Notes: generated by a model not told the origin, from the sequence alone. DNA of 64,000 nt from Octopus sinensis (GCF_006345805.1 NC_043009.1:68262001-68326000), one strand, 5' to 3'. Shown: positions 24,636 to 39,304, numbered from the stretch's first letter. Numbers and translations are program-made.

Positions 24636-24835
24636 TTTGGCACAAGGCCAGCAATTTCGAGGCTGAGGTAAGTTCATTACATCGATCCCAGTACTCAACT
24701 TGTACATGTTTTATCGGCCCCAAAAAGATGAAAGACAAAGTCTTCATGATATCTGAATTCACAATGTAAAGACGGACGAAATGCCACAAAGCATTTCATC
24801 CGGTGTGCTAATGATTCTGCTAACTTGCCGCCTTC
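24636..24835 (-). mobile_element. SINE family C, diverged
   Basis: tttggcacaaggccagc...atcgatcccagtac...gattctgctaacttgccgcctt. Confidence 0.75.
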
Positions 24836-25699
24836 TTTGCTTATAGTAATGCTTCTATTTCACTGTCACTATTTTGCTCGGTGTCTTTGCAAAACTCAAA
24901 TCCACTAGAAGAATAGGTTTTGTTGTTGACGCGCAATAATCAGAAGAAATAGCGTTTAATTGCTTTTGGAATCTTCTTGAATCAAACTTACTTCGTATGT
25001 GCTTCTCAAGAGAAGTAATTTCGAGTTTGTTTTAACTTTTGGCAAGAATTTGTCATTGTTTTTTTTTTTACAAATATATGTATGTGAGTATGTGTGTGTA
25101 TCTCCGTGTGTGTATATGTGTGTGTAAGTATGGCTGTGTGTGTGTATGTTCATGCGTATGTATGTCGTTGTTTAGTTTTATTTCAAGGTTTCTTGCCAAC
25201 AGAGAAAGAGCCGGTTTCTAACCTAGATCCAAGGCTCCGAGGGACAAACATATTGTACAACTAGGACTTGTGATTTCAAAAATCTCAGGCGCAAATAATT
25301 CAGCTGAAACTAGATGACCCTTAACTTATGTGTGAAAAAAATACGAAAAGAAGGAAAATCGAAAGAAACTTTTGAGAGACGTTTTAAGAGAAGGAGGATC
25401 GCTGTTTCCCCGAAACTTGTTCAATGAAATATTGTTGACAGGGAGTGTTTACACAGAAAAAGGAAAATCTATATCCTGTACTTTCATAAAATGGCATCTT
25501 CGCTTTAGGTTTTCCAGAATTTAGATTAAAACACTTAGAAGCGCTTACCTTAAACCAAATGAAAAACTTAGATATTTATACGAACCATCTTGCCATTCCT
25601 CATCGTCTTTAAAAACCTTATAGCTAATATAAATATTAGTATTTGTAATCGCTTATCTAATCAAACTCGCGATAAGTCAGACCTTACTATAATAGCGAT

Positions 25700-25948
25700 G
25701 GAACTGACATGGCTTTAAAGGGGCGATATATCATACAGTTCGAGCCAAGCAATAACCTAGCTTATAAATAAACCAAAGGTAGTTATATGGTTCGCCTTTT
25801 CGATCCCAAAATCTAATCAGTTCGTGCCAGTCACGAAACCAAACATCCGAATCCATCCAGCGGTTCTTGAGAGATCTTTCCATGGACAAACAAACAAACA
25901 GACACGACTGAAAACAATACCCCTGCCTTCGTTAAAGCGGAGATAATA
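25700..25948 (+). mobile_element. Possible non-autonomous Helentron/DINE-like element end
   Basis: aatccatccagcggttcttgag, (CAAA)n, then degenerate terminal hairpin cccctgccttcgttaaagcggag and taataa. Confidence 0.3.
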
Positions 25949-26211
25949 AACTATATTCTATAAAGGAATTACTATCAAACTTTGCCTTAAAATGTTTTTA
26001 ACGTTTTCCATCGTTTGGCTGTCGCATGTTTTTTTTCCCTAATTTTTGTTTTTCGACTTCCTCCATGAAGTGGCCATGTTATCTGAGCTTGAACATTATG
26101 TAAATCGGGCAATATTACGCAAACCGCACTATTGTGCCTATTATTCAATGAATTCAGGCTTTACACTAACATATGAGTATTTGTGTTCATTGAATGACAC
26201 CTCCATCCCAT

Positions 26212-26296
<85 letters not shown>

Positions 26297-26364
26297 GATA
26301 GATAAATAAATAGATAAATAGATAGATGATAGATAGATGGATATATATAAATATACATAGAGAG

Positions 26365-26413
<49 letters not shown>

Positions 26414-26432
26414 GATAGATAGATAGATACAT

Positions 26433-26467
<35 letters not shown>

Positions 26468-26605
26468 TATATATACATATATATATATATATACACATAT
26501 ATATATATGTATGTATGTATGTATGTATTTATTTATGTATGTATGTATGTATGTATGTATGTATGTATGTATGTATGTATGTATGTATGTATGTATGTAT
26601 GTTGT
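26212..26605. repeat. (TAGA)n-(TA)n-(TATG)n compound microsatellite
   Basis: Direct reading. Confidence 0.97.
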
Positions 26606-27098
26606 ATGTATGTATGGACAGATATGTTTGAGTGTCTGTTATGTATTTCAGACAATTCATTTGAATGTTTCAGTTTAACACATCGACCGTATCTAAATAC
26701 TAATATTATAAATTAACTAAGAAACTTTATTAAAACCGAATTTTATTCCTTTGATTTTCATTTGCTATATTTTTTAATTACATTTAATTTGATTTATGTA
26801 AATAGGAATAATTTGCTGGTATTTTTGATGTGTATGTTGCTCACGCTGTCTATATTGTTTGTAACTATGTCCGTACTTATCGAAATATTGTATGTAATAC
26901 TAAACAGCATATACTAATATATTATGTGTACATCAATAACAAAACGATATGCATATAAGTACAAACATTTCATAAATATACATATAAACACACATTCATA
27001 CCTACATATATTTATACACACACACATATATATACATACCTACATATGCACATATACGTACGTATATATATGTATGTATATATGTATATATATGAATG

Positions 27099-27130
<32 letters not shown>

Positions 27131-27183
27131 ATATATATAAAATATAATATATATATATATGTATATCTTTACGTACATGTATG

Positions 27184-27257
<74 letters not shown>

Positions 27258-27745
27258 AATGACTGCAGACAGATGACTGAAACAAATATAAGAATACAAA
27301 ATAAAAGAATACACGTACGTATATGAATATATCTTTTTTAAACTATCTCTAGATTTTTTATTGAAACTAATCCCAGCAATAAACACCTCCGTAACAGTTG
27401 CCAGGAATGTTTTTATATACAATTGTGCTATACACTGCTATATTTGGTAACTATTTAAATAATGTGATCCTTGATAATTAATGGGGTGAATGTGGCACTG
27501 ACGAAGGAGCAAGAACTCCTGAAATATGAATATAAACTTATTGCTTAGTTTTGCCATCTCCGATCGCATTATTTACATAGACGTATTCGTATTCGAAACA
27601 TCGTAACTTTCAGTGCTGGCTCAATAATCTAATAAACAATACTGCTAACACAGGTAGGACGCTGTATTGGTTTACATGCCATTAATTTACTTGGTAGTAT
27701 GTTATAGTTGCATAACGAGATACCAAAAATTAAAAGATATATAAG

Positions 27746-27785
<40 letters not shown>

Positions 27786-27984
27786 TCCGAAATGGTCATG
27801 ACTTCTGGTACTTGACAGATGAAAGAAAGCCAAAAATGACCCAATGTGACCCAACGTGCCTCCATGAGAGTATGGACGATTGTTTGTTTTTTTCGGCTTA
27901 TTGTCACAAATGTTCATTTAGTCTCTCCACAATGCTTCTAGATGCTTCACCTATGTATATCATGATATAAATAGGTGATATAAA

Positions 27985-28431
27985 TAGATTATGACTGCTA
28001 GACCGAGAGTTCGATTCCTGGACCGAATGACGCTTTGTGTTCATGAGCAATACACTTCATTTCACGTTGCTCCGGTCCATTGAGTTGTCCTGTTTTTGTT
28101 CCCAACGTTGATCCTCTGCAAATCCCAAATTTTATTTTGGTTCGCGGGAGCAACTGCCATTTCGAAGCTAATTGCTCGAAATTAGGAGTAGATGGACGGC
28201 CAACAACTGATGAAGGTTCGTTTTCATGTTACATGTCTTGTTTTCCGTTCTTTCACTCCTTGTTCGGATACCAAAGTTGTCTTCGTATTTCCTCTTGTTT
28301 ACATTTTGTGACGTCTTGTACCCATATATGCACACACACACACACAAACACACACATACATATATATGTATTATGTACATATATGTATGTATATATGCTT
28401 ATATATATGTATATGTATATATATATATATG

Positions 28432-28504
<73 letters not shown>

Positions 28505-28614
28505 GCCTGCTCGCTTATCCAGCGGGGTGGCATCATTTGAAGGCTAAAACAATGCGAAGCGCATTGTGACCAGCGATATGTAGCAACATCTATAAGCCTA
28601 GTCAGTCACGTGAT

Positions 28615-28620
<6 letters not shown>
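27985..28620 (+). mobile_element. SINE family B head (27985-28082) and tail (28500-28620) separated by another repeat and microsatellite
   Basis: gagttcgattcc B box and CORE-like block; tail ggcctgctcgcttatccagc...gcattgtgaccagcg. Confidence 0.65.
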
Positions 28621-28654
<34 letters not shown>

Positions 28655-30079
28655 CACACACACACACACGCACATATATATATATATATCTTATACTTAC
28701 ATGCTTACATACACAGAGAAAGCGAGAGAGATTAGAAAGACTACACTGTTATGCTGCTTCATTATGTATTACTCATGTTTTCCGTCACTAAGCGTGCAAA
28801 TGTAGGAGTGTACACCAAGATATGTGCGTGCATATTCTCTGGCTATAATTACGCACTTTCTTTCATCTTTTTTCCACTCGCCTCCCTCACAGCTACATAT
28901 TCTGTCGAGGTTTAACGATTATCTATGTGGCTAAATACCATAAGATGAAAGGCTGAGATTCACATCACCTCGATATTTCGACGGTTGCTTTTTACGTCAT
29001 TAAATTTTCTGTAACTTTGTTTTTATGCCAACGTTACCGATGCAAACTGTGACATATTAGATAGCTCCAGGAGACCATGAATCTTAAAAGTACACAAAAT
29101 CGGTAATCGAACAAATGCATATAATATTATTTGAAGTAGATTAATATCGATTTTGCCTGTCGTTTATTTCAGCTCTCTATTTTCACGGAGATACCAAAAT
29201 GTTCCTATTGACAGAGAACCATTGTAACAACTTGAATGTCATCGATCAAGGATGGGGAGGCTGGTTAAAGGTAAGAATGGGGAGGGTTCGAACGTGGTGA
29301 GATGATGCAATTAAGTACAGGAGTGGTTTTGTGATTCACCTACAACTGGCATCTGGCCTCTCTCCTTCATATAGATCCTGCTACCAGGATGTTAATGGTT
29401 TACGAAGAAAACAATGCATACACATTTATACACAAACACATACTCACAGCAATACACTTATATACATAAACCAATGTATACATATGTTGTTGGGAATTAT
29501 ATCGAAGATGTTCCTAACTGTAAAATCTTTTCAGCACTCGATAATTAAATAGACACTTTAGAAATTCAAAATAAAACTTATGTCAAGCCTGAAAAGTCTA
29601 CAATAAGAATAAAATGGAGAAATATTCACACAAGAGGAATATATGATGCAAATACTCTTAAAATACCAACCATGGTTGTGAAAACGGTCATACTGGACAA
29701 AATGTCGTTCGAGTTGTATACGAAATATCAGAAACTGTCGCAAGGATGCGAACTACAATATACAACTGAACTTTTTCAAAATAACAGAAAAGCTGCATAA
29801 TATGTTCGGCTCCCATTTTTAACCCTTCGTATGAAATTGCTTTCTTTTCCAATAATCTTTGTGATGCAACACTAGTGAACAGGTCGCGATCTCAAAGCGA
29901 CGAAAATATTTTGACAAATTCTGTTTAAATGTTGAAGTGAATCTAACCGTTTTTTGTGTGTTTCTTAAATGGCTTATAAACACCTTCCACGCTGCAATTG
30001 TCTTTGTTTAATCCATTCAGATAAAATATCCCGAACGAAATTCAACAGCGTTTCGAAGAAATCTAGTAAACTGTGTAGG

Positions 30080-30420
30080 GTCAAGAGTGGCCGTGTCGTT
30101 AATAGTTGGATTTCCAACCACATGGTTCCGGTTTCAGTCCCAACAAAAGCTCGTTAATGAATTTGGTGGAAGGATACTGAAAGAATCGCATCATTATATA
30201 CATATGCATATGCGCGTGCGCGTGCGTGTCTGTGTGTGCGTATGTATCTGTGTGTGTCTGTCTGTCTGTATGTGTGAAAGTGTGTATGTGTTTATGTGTA
30301 TGTCTGTTTGTGTGTTTCTCTATGTTTTTGTGTCTTTGTGGTTGCGTTTGTCCCCCACTTAGCGGTGCGGCATGAGAAACTAACGGAGTGTGTACCAGAC
30401 GTAGAGAATAAGTACTTGGG
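30080..30420 (+). mobile_element. SINE family A, diverged
   Basis: gagtggccgtgtcgtt...ccaaccacatggttccggtttcagtccc; internal (TG)n; agaataagtact. Confidence 0.7.
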
Positions 30421-30921
30421 ATGTTATGGATACGGGTATATATCATAAGTGATAATGTTTATTATCGTATTCACAAAGTATATATTTTCTCTTTTGTCTC
30501 AGTTAACAAAAGTTTTGCGATTCTTAGAAAGCAATGCAACAACATAAAAGAGCCGAGCGAAATCTGAGGAACGTAGAAACGGAATTTCAGAAGGCTACGT
30601 ACGGCCTTCACCCTGAAATATCTCTTACTATATAAAGAGAATGAAATAAATTGTTTTATATCAAACCCCACACTGAACTGTATGTCTTTATTGATATTTA
30701 CAAAACTATGTTCTATATTTGCATATATATATATATATATACATGTACGTATGTATGTATGTATGTATGTATGTATGTATGTATGTATGTATGTATGTAT
30801 GTATGTATTATGTATGTATGTTTGTTCTCTCCTTTGTTTTAATTATATAAAATCTTCCACTGAGGAGGGCGCCAGTTTATCTTGAGATAAAAATATATCT
30901 ATATATATGCATATATATTAT

Positions 30922-30959
<38 letters not shown>

Positions 30960-30981
30960 ATATATATTATCATACATGCAT

Positions 30982-31026
<45 letters not shown>

Positions 31027-31627
31027 ATGAATTGTTTAAACAAGCTTGGCCAGGATGTCTCGTGCGTAAATCAGCCGATTGCTTTTGCATTCTTCTACTC
31101 CTCAGACTCGAAGGATAGACGCGGTCGATGGCTCCCAACAACATCTACATGTCAATACCTGCAGGAAATGTGTGGGCAGGGAATGCACCGGAAATCTTCT
31201 CAGAATGCTTGCAACTGACTGAATTCCGCTTTCGCTCCTGTGCTAGATGTATATCTTAGTTACAGTTATAAAGTAAACGTTATGTAGCATTCAGAAGGCT
31301 TTTGTAGTTCAAGTTACGCATTGTCATTGAAGTATTAGATCAGCATTCTTACAAGAAACTCAGGCGTAAGTGCCAAGTTATAATTTTCTATTTAAACACA
31401 ATCTCCCTACACATTTTCCGTTTCTCTCTTTCTTTCTCTCTCCCCCCTCTCTCTCTCTCTCTCTCGCTCTCTCTCTCGTACACATATACATGCACACATG
31501 TACGTATGTAGATATGTGTGCATGTATGAATATATATACATGTACATGCGTGTGCTTCTGTCAATGTATATATACACACACACCGCGCACAACCACACAC
31601 CCTCTCTCTCACACACACACACACACA

Positions 31628-31687
<60 letters not shown>

Positions 31688-32558
31688 GTATTTTTTATAT
31701 CAGCTGAAAGCTTATGGCCATCACCGTACAATAACTAAGGAAAATAGTCTAATAATGGGACGGGTTTATATCCCCGTTATTAGATTATTTTCTTTAGTCA
31801 TTGCACGGTGATCGCCAGAAGCTTTCAGCTTATATAAAAATGACATTATTATTATTTACAGGATTGTATATGGCTACAGGTCATCAAAGAAAAAACGTTG
31901 AACAAAATGAGAAACGATAACATAAAAACAAAACATAGAAAGGAACTTTTTTGGAACAACGAACAAAACAAACAGAGAAACTAGATATGCAACATAAAGA
32001 ATATTCCCTTCTTCAATTGTCCCTGTTTCATCTACTCCGCAATCGAGGGCAAGGACAATATGCGACTTCGTTGAAACAATCCTTCCCGCAAAGCAAATTA
32101 AATAAAATTTGGGATTTTTTGCTGAGGGTGAAAGTGGTAACAAGAACACAACAGTGAGAACAAAACAGTAAAAACAAACGGTCAGGGCTGTTATGTCAAG
32201 ACGATAGAAAAATTATTATGAACGCTAGGAAGACGAGCTTATGAGAGGAGACAGTATTAGCACTTTTGTCTTTAGGAAGGTAGTGGGCAGAAAGATAGAT
32301 TCTCTTTCGTCACGTGTCAGCGACGAGAGAGACGAGGGTGAGGAGTGAGAGAGAGGGAACGGTGAAGGGGAGAGAAGAAGAATAGGGAAGAGTGGGAGAG
32401 AAAACCAGAAAGGATGAAGAACAACAGAGGGAGAGAGACAGACAGAGAAGAGATAGTAGAGATAGAAGAGTACGCATCGTAATTATAAAGAAAATATTAC
32501 TTGGGAAAGTATGCGTGGCGTTCGATCATATAATAATGTAAATAATATATAAATATAT

Positions 32559-32833
32559 GCTAAGTTACGGGAACGTTAACACACCAGCATCGGTTGTCAA
32601 GCGATGGTGGGGAGACAAACACGGACACACAAACACACACACGCACATTTATATATATATATATATATATATATACGACGGGCTTCTTTCAGTTTCTACA
32701 AATCCACTCACAAGGCTTTGGTCGGCCCGAAGCAATAATAGAAGACACTCGTCCAAGGTGCCACGCAGTAGGACTGAACCCACAACCATGTGATTGGTTA
32801 GCAAGCTACATACCACACAGCCACTCCTGCGCC
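32559..32833 (-). mobile_element. SINE family A
   Basis: Reverse complement of ggcgcaggagtggctgtgtgg...cttgggcaagtgtcttc-type sequence, closely matching 63046-63485. Confidence 0.9.
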
Positions 32834-33256
32834 TATAAAAAACTGGATGTGAGTGGCATACTGTCACGTGCAGTGCCGTAGTGGAGCCTCATAATTTCAA
32901 GTCTCCCCCAACTTCCCAAATTGTTCCACACTAGCGTGACAGAGAAGCAGGATAGTAGCTGTAATAAACCCTATTCTTAAATATGGATGGGTGCATTCAA
33001 CCGTGTGCAAGGCAGCGGGAACAGCAACACCATTGGTAGTGTGTGAGTGTAGTGACGCCTAACCTGGACAGATCGGCCGAAAGTTGCAGGGATCGATGTT
33101 CAGATGGACCACATCTATGTGTGTGTGTGTGTGTGTATAAGTATGTATATATCTATGTGTGTGTGTGTGTGCGTGTTTGTGCGTGTGTGCGCTGCACGTG
33201 TGTATAAAATTATGTATATCGGTATGTACGTATATATGTATATATATATATATATA

Positions 33257-33402
33257 TTAAGGGCATTACTATGCATAGACGCCTCACGCTAGGTGGGACT
33301 CTTAAAGTCAAAAACTACCATAATGGTAGTTATAATTATGGTAGTTTTTGACTTTAAGAGTTCCTCCTAGCGTGAGGCATTTATGTATAGTAATGCCTTT
33401 AA
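33257..33402. mobile_element. 138-bp hairpin MITE flanked by TTAA (Kolobok-like termini)
   Basis: TTAA at 33257-33260 and 33399-33402; 64-bp arms with 6 mismatches; termini GGGCATTAC...GTAATGCCT; 10-nt loop. Confidence 0.65.
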
Positions 33403-33589
33403 TATAGATATATTTAAAGGGAATAATTAATAATTCTTTCCCTTATGATGTTTTTTACGCTAACTACTTGATAAATTCTTATAAAGATGTTATCCTACGT
33501 TTAAAAATTTTCTATATATCTATATTTATATAATATATAATAATATATATATATATATATAATATATATATATATATAGTTACCAAACA

Positions 33590-33790
33590 TGAAACGCCAA
33601 GAGAAAACACAACAACGCGAGGACGTGGAACAAATATAGTATTATTGGATGCTCAGGAAAGAAGGAAAGAAGGAGGGTTTAGCGTTTCGAGTGGAGCTCT
33701 TTGTCGGAAACATAGGAGAGGGAAAGATCCAGAGAAGGGAAGGCAGAGGAAAAAAATCGCCAACGGTACACACGCGGTCACATTTTGAAT
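33590..33790 (-). mobile_element. (TA)n-embedded mini-element with decayed hammerhead (33677-33711)
   Basis: ~130 bp shared with 43420-43545; minus GTTT-CCGACAA-A-GAGC tcc ACTC-GAAA-CG-CT-AAAC. Confidence 0.75.
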
Positions 33791-34169
33791 ATATATATAT
33801 ATGTATGTATGTATGTATGTATATTAAATTGCCATCTGCGTTTCTTGTGATGGTTTTTAGGAGGCAGAATACGAGAAACCTCAAAACTGCATCAGACTCT
33901 GCATAGTCACAAGAATACCTATTCACCAACTTCGGTTGGAATCCTGTGTGTCGCTAAAAACGGGTTCTTGTGACAATGTGAAATAGAAACAAAAATACAA
34001 AGCGGAAATACAAAAAAAAACATAAACAAACATATCGAACAAAAATACAGATCAATACCAATACTATATCCCTATTGATTTATATAATGTTCGTTTTGTT
34101 CTATTTTCTAATCCGTTTATATATATATATATATCTGACATTGAATTCGGAAAGGAAGAAGAAAACGAT

Positions 34170-34565
34170 GATGAATGAGACGATCATGATGATAATGAAG
34201 AGGGGTGAGGAAGAGAAAGAGGAGGAAGAGATGAAGGAGGATAACGATAGCAGCGGTGATAAAGATGATGATGGTGGTGGTGATGATGGTGGTGATGATG
34301 GTGGTGATGATGGCTGTGTGATGGTAGTGGTGGTGGTAGTGGTGTTGTTGTTGTTGGTGGTGGTGGTTACGAGGAGGAAGAGAGGAAATTTGAATAAGGA
34401 CAACGAGAACCAAGAATGGTTAAATCTAGAAGCAAAAGCGAAAGTTGATGAAGAGAAAGAAGTGAGGGAAAAAAGTGAAGAGGAAACAATTTTGAAACAA
34501 GACGAAAGCAGACGAGAAGAGAAGAATTATAAGGCATCGATGAAGAGGATAATTAAAGAGAGAAA

Positions 34566-34602
<37 letters not shown>

Positions 34603-35159
34603 CAAATCTTGAATAACAATAAGGAGAAGATTAGGAGACAGGAATTGCGAAGAGAGGAAGGAGAGGAGGAGAGACAAAAGAGGAGGAAAGAGAAAGAAAA
34701 TGAAATATGAAGCAAAATGAAAGGAGAAACGAAGAGAAGGAAATGTAGTTGATGAAGGTTGGAGGACAAGGAAGAGGAGGAATGAGATGTAGGGGGTGTA
34801 AGGGGGGAGAAAGAAATTTGAGTTGAGGATGGAGGTGGTGGCGAAGAGACGAGGGGGAGAGTGAAGTAAAAATGGAAGAGAAGTAGGAAGGAGTTAGATG
34901 AAGATAAAAGAGAAGTAAATTCTTGGAGGAAATGGAACTCTAACAACGGTGAGAATAAGAAAGGGGGGAAAAAAGACAATAAAAGGAACAAACAAACGAA
35001 AACAAGATCAACAAAACGATTACAAAGAAAAGAAGGCAGACAACAACGAAAAGAACAAACGCAAAGAGGGAAAAGAACAACAACAAACAAACAAACAAAC
35101 AAATCAGTGAGAAACATTTGATAACAGACAAAAGGAATAATAATAATAATAACAACATC

Positions 35160-35212
<53 letters not shown>

Positions 35213-35234
35213 TAATAATGATGATGATTATGTG

Positions 35235-35269
<35 letters not shown>

Positions 35270-35410
35270 GTGATAAGCAAAAATAAATACATAAGGAGAG
35301 AATTTACAATGAATTGGTTGTAGTAAAGAACAACAACATTTGAAACAGAGCAAAAAGGGAGAAGAAAACGAACAATAATAACAACAACACCAGCAACAAA
35401 AACAACAGAG
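34170..35410 (+). repeat. Purine-rich low-complexity tract (GAG/GAA/GAT/GGT/AAT/AAC repeats)
   Basis: Strong A/G strand skew with successive short microsatellites. Confidence 0.9.
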
Positions 35411-36020
35411 ACAAATGATTCCAACTTAAGCAATTCACGTCAATACGATTTCCAAGAACTCTATACCAGACCATTGTGTTGCATATCAAACAGAACGGTT
35501 TCGGTTAATTTTAGTAAAACATACCGAAACAGTTAATCCTTAAATCAAACCGTAAGCCTGACGGGCTTAAACGATTTGCAATGCAATGTGGGTTGAATAA
35601 TACATATTCAATTGTCCTTCTACCAGCCGCTTATTGTCATCACTTTGAGACGAAGGTTTTTTTTTTCTCCTGTTTCAATAGCCTAGTGATAACAATAAGC
35701 AGCTGATAACGCTAAGCAAATAAACTATTTCGGTCAAACTAATTTTCATAATGATACGCGGTTTCTAAAATTATCTGCGATTGTCATCAGCGTGTCTCGA
35801 CTCTATTCTACATAGGCTACACACACACATACATGCACTCATACATATATTCATAATACATACATACATACATACGTGGTGATAGCGCTAAGAAGTAAAT
35901 GTGCATAATTGCAAACTTATCACCAGTTCAAATATGGCTTTATTTCAGGTTCGAATACGCCTCAAGCATACTTGAAATGACACAAGTTTGTATATATGTG
36001 TATGTGTGTATGCCTATGTG

Positions 36021-36086
<66 letters not shown>

Positions 36087-36099
36087 TGTGTGTGACCTA

Positions 36100-36232
36100 T
36101 TCTTGTTTTTTCTTGTCCTTTTTGTATCATCCAACTGTCTGGATGCCTTGTTGTCGCCTGTTGCGTTCTGGTACCATTATTTGTATTCTTTTTTTTATAT
36201 ACATATAGCGGCGTACGTACACTTTGATCTCT

Positions 36233-36266
<34 letters not shown>

Positions 36267-36490
36267 ATGCTCTTAGCTTAGATTTTCCTTGGGGCTGGCC
36301 AGATTGGAGTAGTCTCGAGTATAACCAGCCAAAACTGTAACGATAATCTGGAACTCGACTGATGAAAGAAAACTCCGAATGACTCGTCCTTATCTTTCCT
36401 TGTCCCTTTCTGTATCATCTAACTGTCTGGATGTCTTGTTGTCGCCTGTGGCGTTCTTGTCCCATTTTTTGTATTCTTATATATTATATA
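36100..36490 (+). repeat. ~100-bp direct duplication of a microsatellite-embedded repeat end
   Basis: tgtatcatc(c/t)aactgtctggatg(c/t)cttgttgtcgcctgt at ~36122 and ~36411. Confidence 0.8.
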
Positions 36491-36528
36491 TACATGTGTG
36501 TCGGTGTGTGTGTGTGTGTGTGCGTGCG

Positions 36529-37681
36529 TACTTGCATATCATTCATAACCATGAGGATTTAACCAAGAGAAAAGTAAAAGCGACCAAAACACTCTTATTG
36601 ACTGACGCACGCCGTTCAAATTCCAAATGAACTCGTGAAGAAATCTGTCGAATCTCTGCAAAAACATAGGTGTCCAATTCCACTTCGTCTGTTTCATGAA
36701 ACCTTTTCCCTTCAAATGTTGTCTTCATTTGACCGAACAATCGAGAGTTAGAGCGTGCTCGATTCGCAGTGTACGTTAAATGCGGCACCACTGACCCGCT
36801 CATCTTTCCGCTTGATGGATTTATTGCCAAAGATTTTTGTGGTTCCACATCGTCATGGTTAATATGGATCATCTTCGGGCTTTCTTCAGTTTATTTCTCT
36901 TAATGGCTTCTAAAATCATTTCGTGAGTCCAGGCGCAATATTCACCGTTCATGACACAGCCAAGTTTCAGGAAATCATGGAAAATAACGAGGCTGTCATC
37001 TCTCCAACTGTCCCCATGACTTTCTGTGCCACTCACGGGTTTTTGAATCTCTTAGGTTTTGGCGATCTAGAATGACAATCCATGGACCGATCCTTCGTTT
37101 CTAGATCATAAAGATACTATCACATTCCATCGTCTATCACCTGATCGCAAAAGAACGTAGCTCTATTGACTTCAAATGCTTCCAGTATATCAGAGCAGAC
37201 TTCTACACTTCTCTCCATTTATTAGATATCAGCTGCAGAGTTAACCACTTTCCGATGTCCAAAGACTCCCTCCATCTTCCATGATCTATTGTGAAACTGT
37301 GCAGAAATGCAGCAAGCTCGCAGACTGTGGCTCTTCTGTTTGCTCAAATCAGTTAGTTGGTCCATACGATTTCAGTGTATGAGAGTGGTTGTGGTTGGTG
37401 ACCTTCCACTGCGTGCTTTGACTTCAATGGTAGATTCTTCTTTAGACTTCGTCTATCCGTACACTTTGCTCTTGGGGTATCGTCTCTTTAAATAATTTCT
37501 TACCTTCAGTATTATTGGACAGGCTCCAACTGTTGCATATTCGTGCGATCCCATTATTTGACTGCAATAAACAAGATTTACTTGCGAAGAATCGTTACCC
37601 TAACAACGCTTGCAATTTGAACGACTCACATAAATATTGGGGTTACTGTATTCAAATGCTGGTTTTAATTACACTCTCGTA
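36529..37681 (-). mobile_element. Decayed mariner transposon (transposase pseudogene)
   Basis: Minus frames: KARSGRSPTTT (RSGRP), SPKPKRFKT...KVMGTV, HHDN-like INHDDVEP, PHLTYTANRARSNSRLFGQMK (PHPPYSPDLAPSDF), GKRFHETDEV; many stops and frameshifts; weak TIR-like ends with TA. Confidence 0.85.
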
Positions 37682-39039
37682 TTTCAAAAGTGTTTAACCA
37701 TGTTCGTATGGTAGAAGTAAGTGTCTTAATTTTCAACCATAATTTTCAACCATAATTTTGTACATCGGGTGCAAATATCCTTGTACTCAAAGATATGAAA
37801 GTCGAGATCAAATTTTCGAAATCAGCTTCAATGAACTCGGTACAGTGCATCACTTGGTAAGATATAAAGTCCTTATTTATGAAACATAAAAACATTTTAC
37901 GGCTCTCGAAGGGACACGTGTCATAACGTATTACTGCTTTTCGCATGTTAATCAGAAAACAACCAAACACATTGCTGTGGTTTATGCAAAATCGTAATAG
38001 TTAATATGCCAAGAAAATACGATCTGTTCCCGGCATTTAGATAATCGAAAATGTATAGAACAAATTTTCTTCACCAGATACGCAGTACCAAAACTTCAGT
38101 CGTTTTGAATATTGTCACATTGATAATCCATTAGTTCTGTTCACATGTTCCTCAAAAATCTAACGTTAATGATGTTTATGTGAGTAGAAATACAAGAATC
38201 TTTTTATAACATATCATCTCCCGACGGTAAGAATTTATGATATCTATCAATCCTTTAGAAAATCGTAATATATTTTGCAAGAATAGATTTTCTTAACATG
38301 TATAACGTTAGAATCATTCTACTGTATGTTAGAATATCGCTACATTTAGTGCAAAAATGTTTATGGAATTATTAAAGCAATTACAGAGAAAGTGTGGGCG
38401 GATATGTGAATAGGATAAAACTGGAATATATTCCGTTTTATCGCTTAAATTGTTAATTGAGAGGCCAAAGCAACATCTGTGTTACTTGCAAAGCGACATT
38501 TATAGATGTAAGAAACACTCGGCGCGTTATGCGTACAGTGGAATACTCTTAGACACCATTCTATGTTTCCTATACGGCCACTAAAAACACCGACACCATT
38601 AGTACTATTGCCACAACCACCATCAAAATCAACACAGCAAAAGAAATAATAACGTTAATATAGGTAATAATAATTAAGGTAATAAATAGCTGAGTTCTTT
38701 GAATGGATATCAATGTGTGTATAGAAACAAGTTGCTGGTTATTTCAATATTATTTTATTTCGGTGCTTTTTTTTTCATCATTGATAATGGCATTTATTAT
38801 TGAAATCCAGGTATACATATTTGCCAAAGAATATAATTTTTTCAGAATAATAGCAAACATATCTTTGATCTCAAATATTATTTTTATGCGGAAATTCTAT
38901 GAAATCACTTTGAAGTAATTTTTATTTATATATTTATTTTTAAAGGTGAATAGCAAAGCGATTTAATGAAAAGATCTTGTATTAGTAAGCATCCATGTAT
39001 GCATATGTTTATGTATATATAGTTATGTAACAATATATG

Positions 39040-39099
<60 letters not shown>

Positions 39100-39268
39100 G
39101 TGTGTCTATATATATGTATATATATATACAGACTGATATGAATTTATATAAACGCATAAATTTATATGTATACAAATATATACATGCATATATTTATATG
39201 TACATATATGTCTGTATTTATGTATATAGATAGGCACAAACACACACATAGATACACATATATATGTG

Positions 39269-39304
<36 letters not shown>

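Noticed and set aside
28195-28260. CTGATGA at ~28207 and ~36358 as hammerheads
   Set aside because: No convincing stem II + GAAA + stem III/UH arrangement could be built
33841-33916. miR-153-like hairpin (TGCATAGTCACAA match)
   Set aside because: Only 13 nt match, the 3' part of the mature sequence differs, and arm spacing (~49 nt) is too long for a pre-miRNA; more likely a repeat-derived hairpin
34075-35117. Acidic 164-aa ORF and 196-aa antisense ORF
   Set aside because: Purine-rich low-complexity DNA
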